A stretch of 10,844 nt of DNA from Promethearchaeia archaeon (GCA_029856105.1 JAHQWH010000010.1:1-10844); one strand, 5' to 3'; shown: positions 1 through 6,732, numbered from the stretch's first letter. Notes: generated by a model from the sequence alone, not told the origin. Numbers and translations are program-made.

Positions 1-207
1 GCCGATAAAATTAGAAATAAAAAAATCTATCTATTGGAAGGAAAATTCATTAAACCGGGCATATTTGAATTTCTTATCGAAACTCAGGGAGGAACTTACA
101 TTAAAGAACTCATAAGCGGCGACAATGGACGAACGACGCCATCAATTACGGAAATATTTGGTTTTTCTATTGTTTGCAAGAAATTAGATGTTCTAAAAAT
201 ATGTTAG
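1..207 (+). CDS. pus10: tRNA pseudouridine(54/55) synthase Pus10, C-terminal fragment (5' part outside window)
   Basis: Manual frame-1 translation gives ADKIRNKKIYLLEGKFIKPGIFEFLIETQGGTYIKELISGDNGRTTPSITEIFGFSIVCKKLDVLKIC*, with TAG at 205-207. The motif 'GGTYIKELISGDxGRTxPS...LDV' is the Pus10 C-terminal signature. The gene lies directly upstream of rpl21e, as in many archaea. Confidence 0.93.
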   Translation, partial: ADKIRNKKIYLLEGKFIKPGIFEFLIETQGGTYIKELISGDNGRTTPSITEIFGFSIVCKKLDVLKIC

Positions 208-248
208 TTAACTTGTAAAAGTTGTTAAATCAAAAAATAAATAAATTA

Positions 249-267
249 TGTTTCATATTTTGAAACA
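249..267. promoter_or_regulatory. Inverted repeat TGTTTCA-N5-TGAAACA, candidate transcription-factor site upstream of rpl21e
   Basis: Perfect 7-bp arms at 249-255 and 261-267, about 14 bp upstream of a TATA-like TTTAATAA at 281-288. Confidence 0.4.
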
Positions 268-280
268 AAATACTTGATTT

Positions 281-288
281 TTTAATAA
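281..288 (+). promoter_or_regulatory. Putative TATA box for rpl21e-rpo4
   Basis: TTTAATAA about 32 bp upstream of the TTG start, with purine-rich GAAGGGAAG at 307-315 before the start. The AT-rich context weakens this call. Confidence 0.35.
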
Positions 289-319
289 AAAATAATTCAA
301 TTTAGCGAAGGGAAGCAAT

Positions 320-625
320 TTGACTCTGCATAAAGGTTATAGGAATAAATCGCGTCAAAAACATAGGAAAAATGTACGAGATAGAGGGTTGGGCTCTATA
401 GAAAAATACTTAATCGATTATGAAATCAACGAGAAGGTGGATGTTATTACCGACCCATCTCAACACAAAAGAGGGTTTCCCCACAGGAGATATCATGGGC
501 TAACTGGCACTGTTATCGGTAAAAGAGGGCGCTGCTACGAAGTTGAGGTTAAAATAGGAAATTCTAAGAAAATGTTATTAATTGGAAAGGAACATTTACG
601 AACTAATAGGGGAATTGTAAAATAA
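320..625 (+). CDS. rpl21e: 50S ribosomal protein eL21 (L21e)
   Basis: 101 aa basic protein with 'GYRNKSR', 'DPSQHKRGFPHRRYHGLTGTV' and 'EHL' L21e motifs. TTG start. Synteny pus10-rpl21e-rpoF. Confidence 0.96.
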   Translation: MTLHKGYRNKSRQKHRKNVRDRGLGSIEKYLIDYEINEKVDVITDPSQHKRGFPHRRYHGLTGTVIGKRGRCYEVEVKIGNSKKMLLIGKEHLRTNRGIVK

Positions 626-658
626 TTTATTATATCAGCTAATAAATCAGTGATTTGT

Positions 659-1024
659 ATGTCTGGACGTAAAATAAGTGAAAAAACTATTTCTATACCC
701 GAAGTAAAAAAAATGATGGAAATAGTTAAAGAAAGAAAAGAAAAAATTGACCCAGAAGAGGGACTTACTCATTTTCAAGAAATTACGTATAATTATGTAA
801 ATAAATATGCTAAAATGAGCGAGAAAGATGCGATTAAAATTCAAAAATTTTTAATAGACAAATATGAAATCGAAGAAATCTATGCAATAAACATCGTAAA
901 CATTGATCCTCATACTATCCAAGAACTTAGAATGATCTTAGAAAAAAGTTTTATTGGAAAAACATTAAATGAGGGGCAATTACAAGAACTCCTCGCTCAA
1001 ATTGAAGAGCTTAAAACTTCTTAA
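659..1024 (+). CDS. rpo4: DNA-directed RNA polymerase subunit Rpo4 (RpoF, RPB4 homolog)
   Basis: 'EKTISIPEVKKMM', 'QEITYNYVNKYAK' and 'AINIVNIDPHTIQELRMIL' match the RpoF/RPB4 pattern. Synteny after rpl21e. ATG at 659 is preferred over GTG at 650. Confidence 0.92.
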   Translation: MSGRKISEKTISIPEVKKMMEIVKERKEKIDPEEGLTHFQEITYNYVNKYAKMSEKDAIKIQKFLIDKYEIEEIYAINIVNIDPHTIQELRMILEKSFIGKTLNEGQLQELLAQIEELKTS

Positions 1025-1062
1025 ACGGATTCTTACTATATAGCTTTTAAAAAGTGAGTTAA

Positions 1063-1085
1063 ACAACGAAGAATTTATAAATTCT
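1063..1085 (+). promoter_or_regulatory. Putative BRE-TATA promoter for DUF655-ksgA-hemK, inside a 16-bp perfect palindrome
   Basis: Consensus TATA TTTATAAA at 1074-1081, preceded by purine-rich ACAACGAAGAA. AGAATTTATAAATTCT (1070-1085) is its own reverse complement. Confidence 0.5.
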
Positions 1086-1188
1086 AATTGTTTTAATTTT
1101 TATTGAGCAATCCTTATTAAAAAAGGGATATTCAAAAATTAAATAATTATGCACATCGGAAAAGTAAACAATAAGAAAATTGGTCGGT

Positions 1189-1836
1189 ATGGAAAGGAAT
1201 ATAGATCGAAGAAGGCCTCCTCACAGACCCAAGTATCAAAGAAGAGAGCCAAGGAAAAAGAAACAGTTTATCAAAAAATTTCGAGAACTAATAATCCTAG
1301 ATATATTATTGCACGGTCATCCAGAAGAAGATAAACCGAGTTGGTCCAAAACACCAATCGCTCAAGTTCTTACTTTTCCGGACTTTGTCCTTTATGAAGT
1401 TAAATGTAATAGAGATTCTGAGATTAAAATTCAAGAAAAAAATACATATGAAGTCTTTATGATACAAAACAAACTTAAAGAAGTTTTGAAAAAAATTGAT
1501 TATAAAGATTTAACAAACACTTCAAAAGCTTTAATTCAACCAATCCTTGAAAATGAAATATTAAATTATGAAGAAGAATTCCTAAATTTCTTTAATAACT
1601 CTACATCAATAACTCCAAGAATGCACTCTCTTAAGCTATTACCTGGAATTGGCCAAAAGCACATGTGGGAATTAATAGAGGCAAGAAATAGACAAAAATT
1701 CACAACCTTTCAAGATATAACTGACCGGACAAGTTTATCTCACCCCGCAAAACAGCTCGCTCAAAGAATAATCAAAGAATTGCAACGTGAGGGAATAAAA
1801 TATTACTTATTCTCGAAGACACGCAGATATGAATGA
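1189..1836 (+). CDS. DUF655 family putative RNA-binding protein (OB-like plus helix-hairpin-helix)
   Basis: 'IILDILLHGH', 'IAQVL...FVLYEV', 'YKDLTNTSK' and 'FLNFFNNSTSITPRMHSLKLLPGIGQKHMWELIEAR...FTTFQDI...KYYLF' are typical of DUF655. Conserved position between rpoF and ksgA. Start is ATG 1189 (TTG 1180 is the alternative). Confidence 0.92.
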   Translation: MERNIDRRRPPHRPKYQRREPRKKKQFIKKFRELIILDILLHGHPEEDKPSWSKTPIAQVLTFPDFVLYEVKCNRDSEIKIQEKNTYEVFMIQNKLKEVLKKIDYKDLTNTSKALIQPILENEILNYEEEFLNFFNNSTSITPRMHSLKLLPGIGQKHMWELIEARNRQKFTTFQDITDRTSLSHPAKQLAQRIIKELQREGIKYYLFSKTRRYE

Positions 1837-2702
1837 ATAACATGAATAAAAGAGAAACTCAACTTATTTTAAATGAATTAGGAATAACACCTAATAAAAA
1901 ACTAGGCCAGAACTTTCTCATAGACAAAACAATTGTAAAAAAAATCATATTAGAATCGCAAATTTCAGGAGACGAAGTAATATTAGAGATTGGCCCGGGT
2001 TTAGGCGCACTAACAGAAGAACTATTGAAGTTTTCTAAAAAAGTCTACGCTTATGAAATAGATTATAAATTGTTTCAATATCTTAAAGAGAAGTTTTCTC
2101 AAATTGAAAATATTGAACTCTTAAATGAAGATATATTAAAAGCAAATATTCCCCCGACCAATGTCATAGTCTCAAACATCCCTTATACCATTACCGGACC
2201 TATTTTTGAAAAAGTTTTTTATAAAGAAAAACCTCCTCGAGGGATTTTAGTAATTGAAAATAGTATTGCAGAAAGAATATTTGTACAAAATAAATACAAG
2301 AACTTCTCACGAATAACGGTTAGTTTCAACGCTTTCATGGTACCTGTAAAAAAATACAATATATCTCGATTTAAGTTTTTTCCAGCCCCAAGGATTGATT
2401 TGTCCTTAATAATTGTTAAACCTAGAGAAAATATTAACCCATTTTTATTATCTGACAAGAATAAGTCGTTCTTTTTAAGGTTTATCGCTGGAATAATGCC
2501 TTACAAGAATAAAAACATTGTAAATGCTATATATTTATTTCTAAAGATTAAGAAGGTAATAAATTTTCCAAAACCAGAAATTCTTCAGTATTTAAAAAAA
2601 AATAATATTAATAACGAGAAAGTAACAAAGTTTAAAGTCGACGAACTCGTGCAATTAAGCAAGTTAATCTTTGAATTAATACATGAAACCCTTCCAATTT
2701 AG
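1833..2702 (+). CDS. ksgA: 16S rRNA m6,6A dimethyltransferase KsgA/RsmA/Dim1
   Basis: 'PNKKLGQNFL', SAM motif 'LEIGPGLGALT', 'AYEID', 'VSNIPYTIT' and 'FFPAPRID'. ATGA overlap with the DUF655 stop. Confidence 0.96.
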   Translation: MNNMNKRETQLILNELGITPNKKLGQNFLIDKTIVKKIILESQISGDEVILEIGPGLGALTEELLKFSKKVYAYEIDYKLFQYLKEKFSQIENIELLNEDILKANIPPTNVIVSNIPYTITGPIFEKVFYKEKPPRGILVIENSIAERIFVQNKYKNFSRITVSFNAFMVPVKKYNISRFKFFPAPRIDLSLIIVKPRENINPFLLSDKNKSFFLRFIAGIMPYKNKNIVNAIYLFLKIKKVINFPKPEILQYLKKNNINNEKVTKFKVDELVQLSKLIFELIHETLPI

Positions 2703-3401
2703 ATGGTGAGAACAATATACTCTTTTCCTGAGCCAAAGATTAATAACAATTTTGACGATGTATATTCGCCTTCTGAAGATAGCTACTTAATTATAGACTA
2801 TTTTAAAGAAAATATCGATGAAAATTATTTTGATGGGTTTGAATTAACTAAAATTAGAAATGTCTTGGATATGGGTACTGGAACTGGATTAATCGCAATT
2901 TTTTTACAGCTAATTAAAATGATTATTCCAAAATTTTCACCTCAAATTTACGCTTCAGATATACTTAAAAATGCCATTAAATGCGCCATTTCAAACGAAA
3001 ACGCTAATAATTTAGAAAATAAAATAGAATTTATCCAGTCGGATCTATTTAAAACTTTTCCCTCTATTCTTAAGAACTCGTTTAATGTTTTAATTTTTAA
3101 TCCACCCTACTTGCCTTCTTTGAAGTTTAAAAATGAAGGTTGGGATAAGAAAAACATTGACTATTGTTGGAATGGTGGAAAAGAAGGTTTTGAGGTATTC
3201 CTTGAATTTCTTAGAAATGTCAAACCTTTTATTGATCCAAATCAAAAGTTTTACATTTATTATATCAGTTCAAGCACAACCAATTTAAAAAAATTGAACG
3301 AGAATTTAAATACACAAGGTTTTAAGAACACAATTTTAAAAAAAAAGCATGTCTTTTTCGAAGATATTATTTTGAATCGTTTGGAAAAAAGGTTTGATTA
3401 A
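2703..3401 (+). CDS. hemK: HemK2/Mtq2-type release factor glutamine N5-methyltransferase
   Basis: 'VYSPSEDSYL', SAM motif 'VLDMGTGTG', 'SDLF', catalytic 'FNPPY', 'WNGGKEG' and C-terminal 'FFE'. It follows ksgA as in many archaea. Confidence 0.9.
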   Translation: MVRTIYSFPEPKINNNFDDVYSPSEDSYLIIDYFKENIDENYFDGFELTKIRNVLDMGTGTGLIAIFLQLIKMIIPKFSPQIYASDILKNAIKCAISNENANNLENKIEFIQSDLFKTFPSILKNSFNVLIFNPPYLPSLKFKNEGWDKKNIDYCWNGGKEGFEVFLEFLRNVKPFIDPNQKFYIYYISSSTTNLKKLNENLNTQGFKNTILKKKHVFFEDIILNRLEKRFD

Positions 3402-4678
3402 AATGGCCTTCTAGCTCGACGTTTTTCTAATAAAGAGACTCCATAACTATTTAAAGTTCTTGATAAATTATTAAATAATAAATTAACTTCGGCAGGTTTA
3501 AAAACAGCTCTTCTATGAGCTTCAATTTGAGGAATAGGTAATCCATAGTATTCGTTTAAACTAGAGATAGGCAAGAGGATAGACGATATCAAATCGGCTT
3601 TTTCTGAAGCATCTTTTAAAGAGTGTTTCTCATCCATAAAAAACTCAATTCTACATGGAGTATCATAAAGCGTAGTTTTAAGGTAAAACGCATAAAAACT
3701 AAAGGGAAAATAATATGGTATTTCTTTTTTTATACCGGTATCCCTAATTTTATCAAGTTCCTTTTTACAATTGAAGATGCAGCTTCTTTCTGATTTCAAT
3801 AAAACTCTATTGAATAAATCTAAGTCGGAAAAATAATTTATTATTTGGCGATAATTAATTTTTATAAAATCTGTTAATTTCGAAGTGCTTGGCTTCAACA
3901 TCTGAATGGAATTCCTTATTAGATGGGTAAGTGCTGAAGTTCGCGTATCCTTTATTGAGCCTATTAAAATTATTCCCTTTTCAATACAATTAGAATATAG
4001 TTTTTGATATTCTTTTAATAATTTATCATATTTTATCGAAATCCCAGGATCTTTGGAAAAGATTAAATTTATAGGCATAATAACGATTGAACCATCTATA
4101 ATGATTAAATCTATTGAGTTATTTTTTTCAATTAACTCATTTAAAAGATTAATTTCCATAAAGGTCATATCCATAGAAATCTCAGTTTCCACAGCATTCT
4201 CTTCACGGTTTATGTAATTTGCTCGGACCATGTAATTATTAAACCCTGTTATGTCTGGAAAATAATCTATTTTAGAAGAATGATTCTTGTAGAAATAGTA
4301 ATTCACAGCTATGGCTTTCAAAAAGGAAAAATCTACGTTCATGAATTTTTTTACAACAGAACTTCCATCGACGCTAACAACATTTAAACCTCTTATGTTT
4401 GAAGATAATACTAGCTTTTTAACTAGATTTTCTTTAATATTGTAATTAGGGTATTTTATAAATTCTGAAAAATCTAAATTAGCACGATTATCGATTAAAC
4501 TTTTAGTAAATTTATTTTTTAATTTTTCAATTTCTAAGTATTCTTGAGCAATTAATTTTAAGTCAATCAATAATAGTTGTTCTTTAGTTAAACCTGATTC
4601 TTTAGAACGGGTGGTATTTTTGATATCTTGATTAGAATTGGTAATATTTGATTTTGAAAAATTATCTCTAATAGTCAT
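3398..4678 (-). CDS. nurA: NurA-family 5'-3' nuclease (RNase H-like fold)
   Basis: Two acidic motifs 'VVSVDGSS' and 'LIIIDGSI', plus 'GSIKDTRT', 'RIEF' and C-terminal 'YGLPIPQIEAHRRA' (NurA GYPxxLxxAH motif). 426 aa. Confidence 0.88.
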   Translation of the reverse strand: MTIRDNFSKSNITNSNQDIKNTTRSKESGLTKEQLLLIDLKLIAQEYLEIEKLKNKFTKSLIDNRANLDFSEFIKYPNYNIKENLVKKLVLSSNIRGLNVVSVDGSSVVKKFMNVDFSFLKAIAVNYYFYKNHSSKIDYFPDITGFNNYMVRANYINREENAVETEISMDMTFMEINLLNELIEKNNSIDLIIIDGSIVIMPINLIFSKDPGISIKYDKLLKEYQKLYSNCIEKGIILIGSIKDTRTSALTHLIRNSIQMLKPSTSKLTDFIKINYRQIINYFSDLDLFNRVLLKSERSCIFNCKKELDKIRDTGIKKEIPYYFPFSFYAFYLKTTLYDTPCRIEFFMDEKHSLKDASEKADLISSILLPISSLNEYYGLPIPQIEAHRRAVFKPAEVNLLFNNLSRTLNSYGVSLLEKRRARRPF

Positions 4679-4774
4679 CTAAATTTATAATGAAGAGAGT
4701 TAATATTAATAACGATGAGAGATTAAATTTTATAATTTTTTTCCAATTCGAATTATTAGATCTCCTTAATAAAA
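4679..4774. promoter_or_regulatory. Divergent promoter region between nurA and the CPBP protease gene
   Basis: 96-bp gap. Palindromic TTAATATTAA at 4700-4709 lies about 22-31 bp upstream of the nurA ATG, compatible with a leaderless transcript. TTTTATAA at 4728-4735 lies about 40 bp upstream of the CPBP ATG. Confidence 0.45.
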
Positions 4775-5425
4775 ATGGCTATTAATTTAGGAAAAGATCC
4801 ATGGTTACTAATCACTATTATGTTTTTAGAGATTTTCTTAATCCTTATACCTGCTTTAATTGTTTCAAAAATAGAAAAAAGACCCATTATCGAAGAATTT
4901 AAAGAAATGGGCTTTAAACTGAAAACAAATAGCTTAAAAAATTTCACCATAAAAATTTTCATTGGATTACTAATTGGAATATTATTATTTTTCTTTAGTA
5001 GCTTTTTATATTTTTTCACAAATTTTATTGTGCAAACTTTATTTGGAACACAATTTGTTGAGCAGGGGGTAGAAAATGCTATTACAACAGCACCATTTAA
5101 TCCCACAATTACCCAATTGATAATTATTATAACTATTCAAATAATTATTGTTGGTCCATGTGAAGAAGGCTTTTTCAGAGGATTTATCATAAAAAAAAGC
5201 CAGAAGAAAATGAAGCTAATATATTCAGTTGTGTTATCCACATTTATTTTCGCAATTTATCATGTTCCTCCTTTCCTCGTCCCAGTATCAACAATTATTA
5301 CCTTTTTCGGTTATTTTTTCACGCTTGGAACTTTATTAGCTCTAACTTTCATATTTTTTAAGAATTCTCTGCTCCCGAGCTCTATCGCTCATTCTATGTT
5401 TAACATATTAATTCTAATATTTTGA
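4775..5425 (+). CDS. CPBP family (type II CAAX / Rce1 / Abi) intramembrane glutamic endopeptidase
   Basis: Multi-pass hydrophobic protein with the three family motifs intact: 'GPCEEGFFRG' (EExxxR), 'FAIYH' (FxxxH) and 'AHSMFN' (HxxxN). Confidence 0.93.
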   Translation: MAINLGKDPWLLITIMFLEIFLILIPALIVSKIEKRPIIEEFKEMGFKLKTNSLKNFTIKIFIGLLIGILLFFFSSFLYFFTNFIVQTLFGTQFVEQGVENAITTAPFNPTITQLIIIITIQIIIVGPCEEGFFRGFIIKKSQKKMKLIYSVVLSTFIFAIYHVPPFLVPVSTIITFFGYFFTLGTLLALTFIFFKNSLLPSSIAHSMFNILILIF

Positions 5426-5442
5426 GTTTTAAGTATAATTGC

Positions 5443-5458
5443 GATAAAAGGTTTAAAA
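5443..5458 (+). promoter_or_regulatory. Putative BRE-TATA upstream of the small GTPase gene
   Basis: GATAAAAGG-TTTAAAA resembles an archaeal BRE plus TATA. It would imply a leader of about 125 nt. Other AT-rich candidates exist near 5526-5545. Confidence 0.35.
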
Positions 5459-5608
5459 GTATTGAAAAATAAATAAAAAACATACATTTAAAAAATCTTG
5501 TAAAGATAAATATAATTAGTTCATTCGAAAACAATATTAATTAAATTTAATGGTCTATTAAATAAAAAATTAAAAATAATTACAAGTCGCTTATACGGGT
5601 TAAGGAAA

Positions 5609-6139
5609 TTGACGGACTATGATTACACTTGGAAAATAATGATGTTGGGAGACGCAGCAGTTGGAAAAACATCCTTAACCATTAGATATATTTCGGGCTT
5701 CTTCCTCTCCGACTTAAAACTTACGATAGGGGTAGATTTCTATTCTAAGACCACCAACCACAAAGGAAAAAAAGTCAAACTACAAATATGGGATTTTGGT
5801 GGCGAGGAAAGGTTTAGGTTTCTACTCCATCAATACTGTAAGGGTGCAAATGCTGCATTCTTTTTATACGATATAACTAATCGTCTTTCGTTAGATCACT
5901 TGCCAGATTGGACTCAGATCATTCGAGAACATGCAGGAGACATTCCCATTATGTTAATTGGTTCGAAGGTTGATTTAGAGGAATTTAGAGCCGTTCCAAG
6001 GGAAGAAGGAATATTAGCGGCCAAAAAATATAATTTATCGACATTTATAGAACTATCCTCCAAAACGGGGGAAAATGTTGAGAAAGCGTTTGATGATATA
6101 ACAAATACTCTTTTTGGCAAGTATAAACCAAATGAGTGA
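5609..6139 (+). CDS. Rab-like small GTPase (Ras superfamily; eukaryotic signature protein)
   Basis: G1 GDAAVGKT, G2/RabF1 TIGVDF, RabF2 KLQIW, G3 DFGGE, RabF3 RFRFL, RabF4 YCKGA, RabF5 FLYDIT, G4 SKVD, G5 SSK. TTG start. No C-terminal hypervariable or cysteine tail. Confidence 0.95.
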   Translation: MTDYDYTWKIMMLGDAAVGKTSLTIRYISGFFLSDLKLTIGVDFYSKTTNHKGKKVKLQIWDFGGEERFRFLLHQYCKGANAAFFLYDITNRLSLDHLPDWTQIIREHAGDIPIMLIGSKVDLEEFRAVPREEGILAAKKYNLSTFIELSSKTGENVEKAFDDITNTLFGKYKPNE

Positions 6140-6140
6140 A

Positions 6141-6160
6141 CTTTCTTATTTATTTTATTA
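6141..6160 (+). terminator. Putative archaeal U-rich terminator after the GTPase gene
   Basis: CTTTCTTATTTATTTTATTA immediately follows the TGA stop. Confidence 0.35.
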
Positions 6161-6207
6161 TAACATCTTTATAGAAAAATATCGAATGATAAAATACTCT
6201 ATTAATT

Positions 6208-6732
6208 TTGAGAATTAGAGATATTAAAAGGGAAGAGATTAAAGAAGTTAGAGAATTAGATAGAAGTGAAATTGTCGAACAGATTAATTATTACCGAAAT
6301 GGTAATTTAGTTTTAGAAGATGAATATTATAATATAACAAAATGGAATCTTGAAGAATTAGAACATATCATTAGGGATCTTTATGAGCTTTATGATCGAG
6401 GTGGAATTTTCTATGGAGCATTCAAAAATCATAACTTAATCGGAATTGTTGCTCTAGAAACTAAATATATAGGTAGTAATAATGATCAACTACAATTGGT
6501 TTTCTTACATGTTGCTCACGATTATAGAGATAAAGGTCTAGGGTCAAATTTAATGAATTTAGTGACAAAAAGAGCGAGAAATATGGGTGCTAAAAAACTT
6601 TACATTTCAGCAACCCCTTCTAAACACACAGTCGATTTTTATATGGGTTTAGGATGTAAATTAGCATCAGAAATTAATCCAGAATTATTTAAATTAGAGC
6701 CAGAAGATATACATCTAGAATTACTTATTTAA
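6208..6732 (+). CDS. GNAT family N-acetyltransferase
   Basis: Acetyl-CoA motif A 'LHVAHDYRDKGLGSNLM' and motif B 'KKLYISATPSKHTVDFYMGLGC'. TTG start, with an in-frame TAA at 6190-6192 upstream. Confidence 0.92.
   Translation: MRIRDIKREEIKEVRELDRSEIVEQINYYRNGNLVLEDEYYNITKWNLEELEHIIRDLYELYDRGGIFYGAFKNHNLIGIVALETKYIGSNNDQLQLVFLHVAHDYRDKGLGSNLMNLVTKRARNMGAKKLYISATPSKHTVDFYMGLGCKLASEINPELFKLEPEDIHLELLI

Noticed and set aside
208-319. Possible structured RNA gene (SRP RNA or tRNA) in the pus10-rpl21e spacer
   Set aside because: Only 112 bp and extremely AT-rich, with no GC-rich stems, tRNA T-loop or SRP helix 8 motif.
647-844. 65-aa minus-strand ORF
   Set aside because: Antisense shadow of rpo4. 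It is Phe-rich because of A-rich sense codons and has no motifs.
1149-1334. 61-aa basic ORF overlapping the DUF655 start
   Set aside because: Alternative frame of a purine-rich region with no recognisable family. DUF655 explains the sequence.
2219-2458. 79-aa minus-strand ORF
   Set aside because: Antisense to the conserved ksgA.
2591-3346. Poly-A tracts (A9 at 2594-2602 in ksgA; A10 at 3337-3346 in hemK) as slippage or frameshift sites
   Set aside because: Both ORFs are intact, and the tracts encode Lys runs expected in AT-rich DNA.
4756-5106. 116-aa minus-strand ORF
   Set aside because: Antisense shadow of the CPBP protease, which has full catalytic motifs.
3398-5425. NurA plus Abi/CPBP as an anti-viral defence pair
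   Set aside because: The genes are divergent, no HerA or other defence genes are nearby, the context is housekeeping, and the 'Abi' label of CPBP is not evidence of abortive infection.
5914-6120. 68-aa minus-strand ORF
   Set aside because: Antisense to the GTPase.
6137-6163. TGA read-through of the GTPase would add x-TFLFILL, a hydrophobic tail (Sec or read-through anchor idea)
   Set aside because: It is too short for a TM helix and is not a CaaX motif. No SECIS-like hairpin is visible, and a T-rich terminator explains the sequence.
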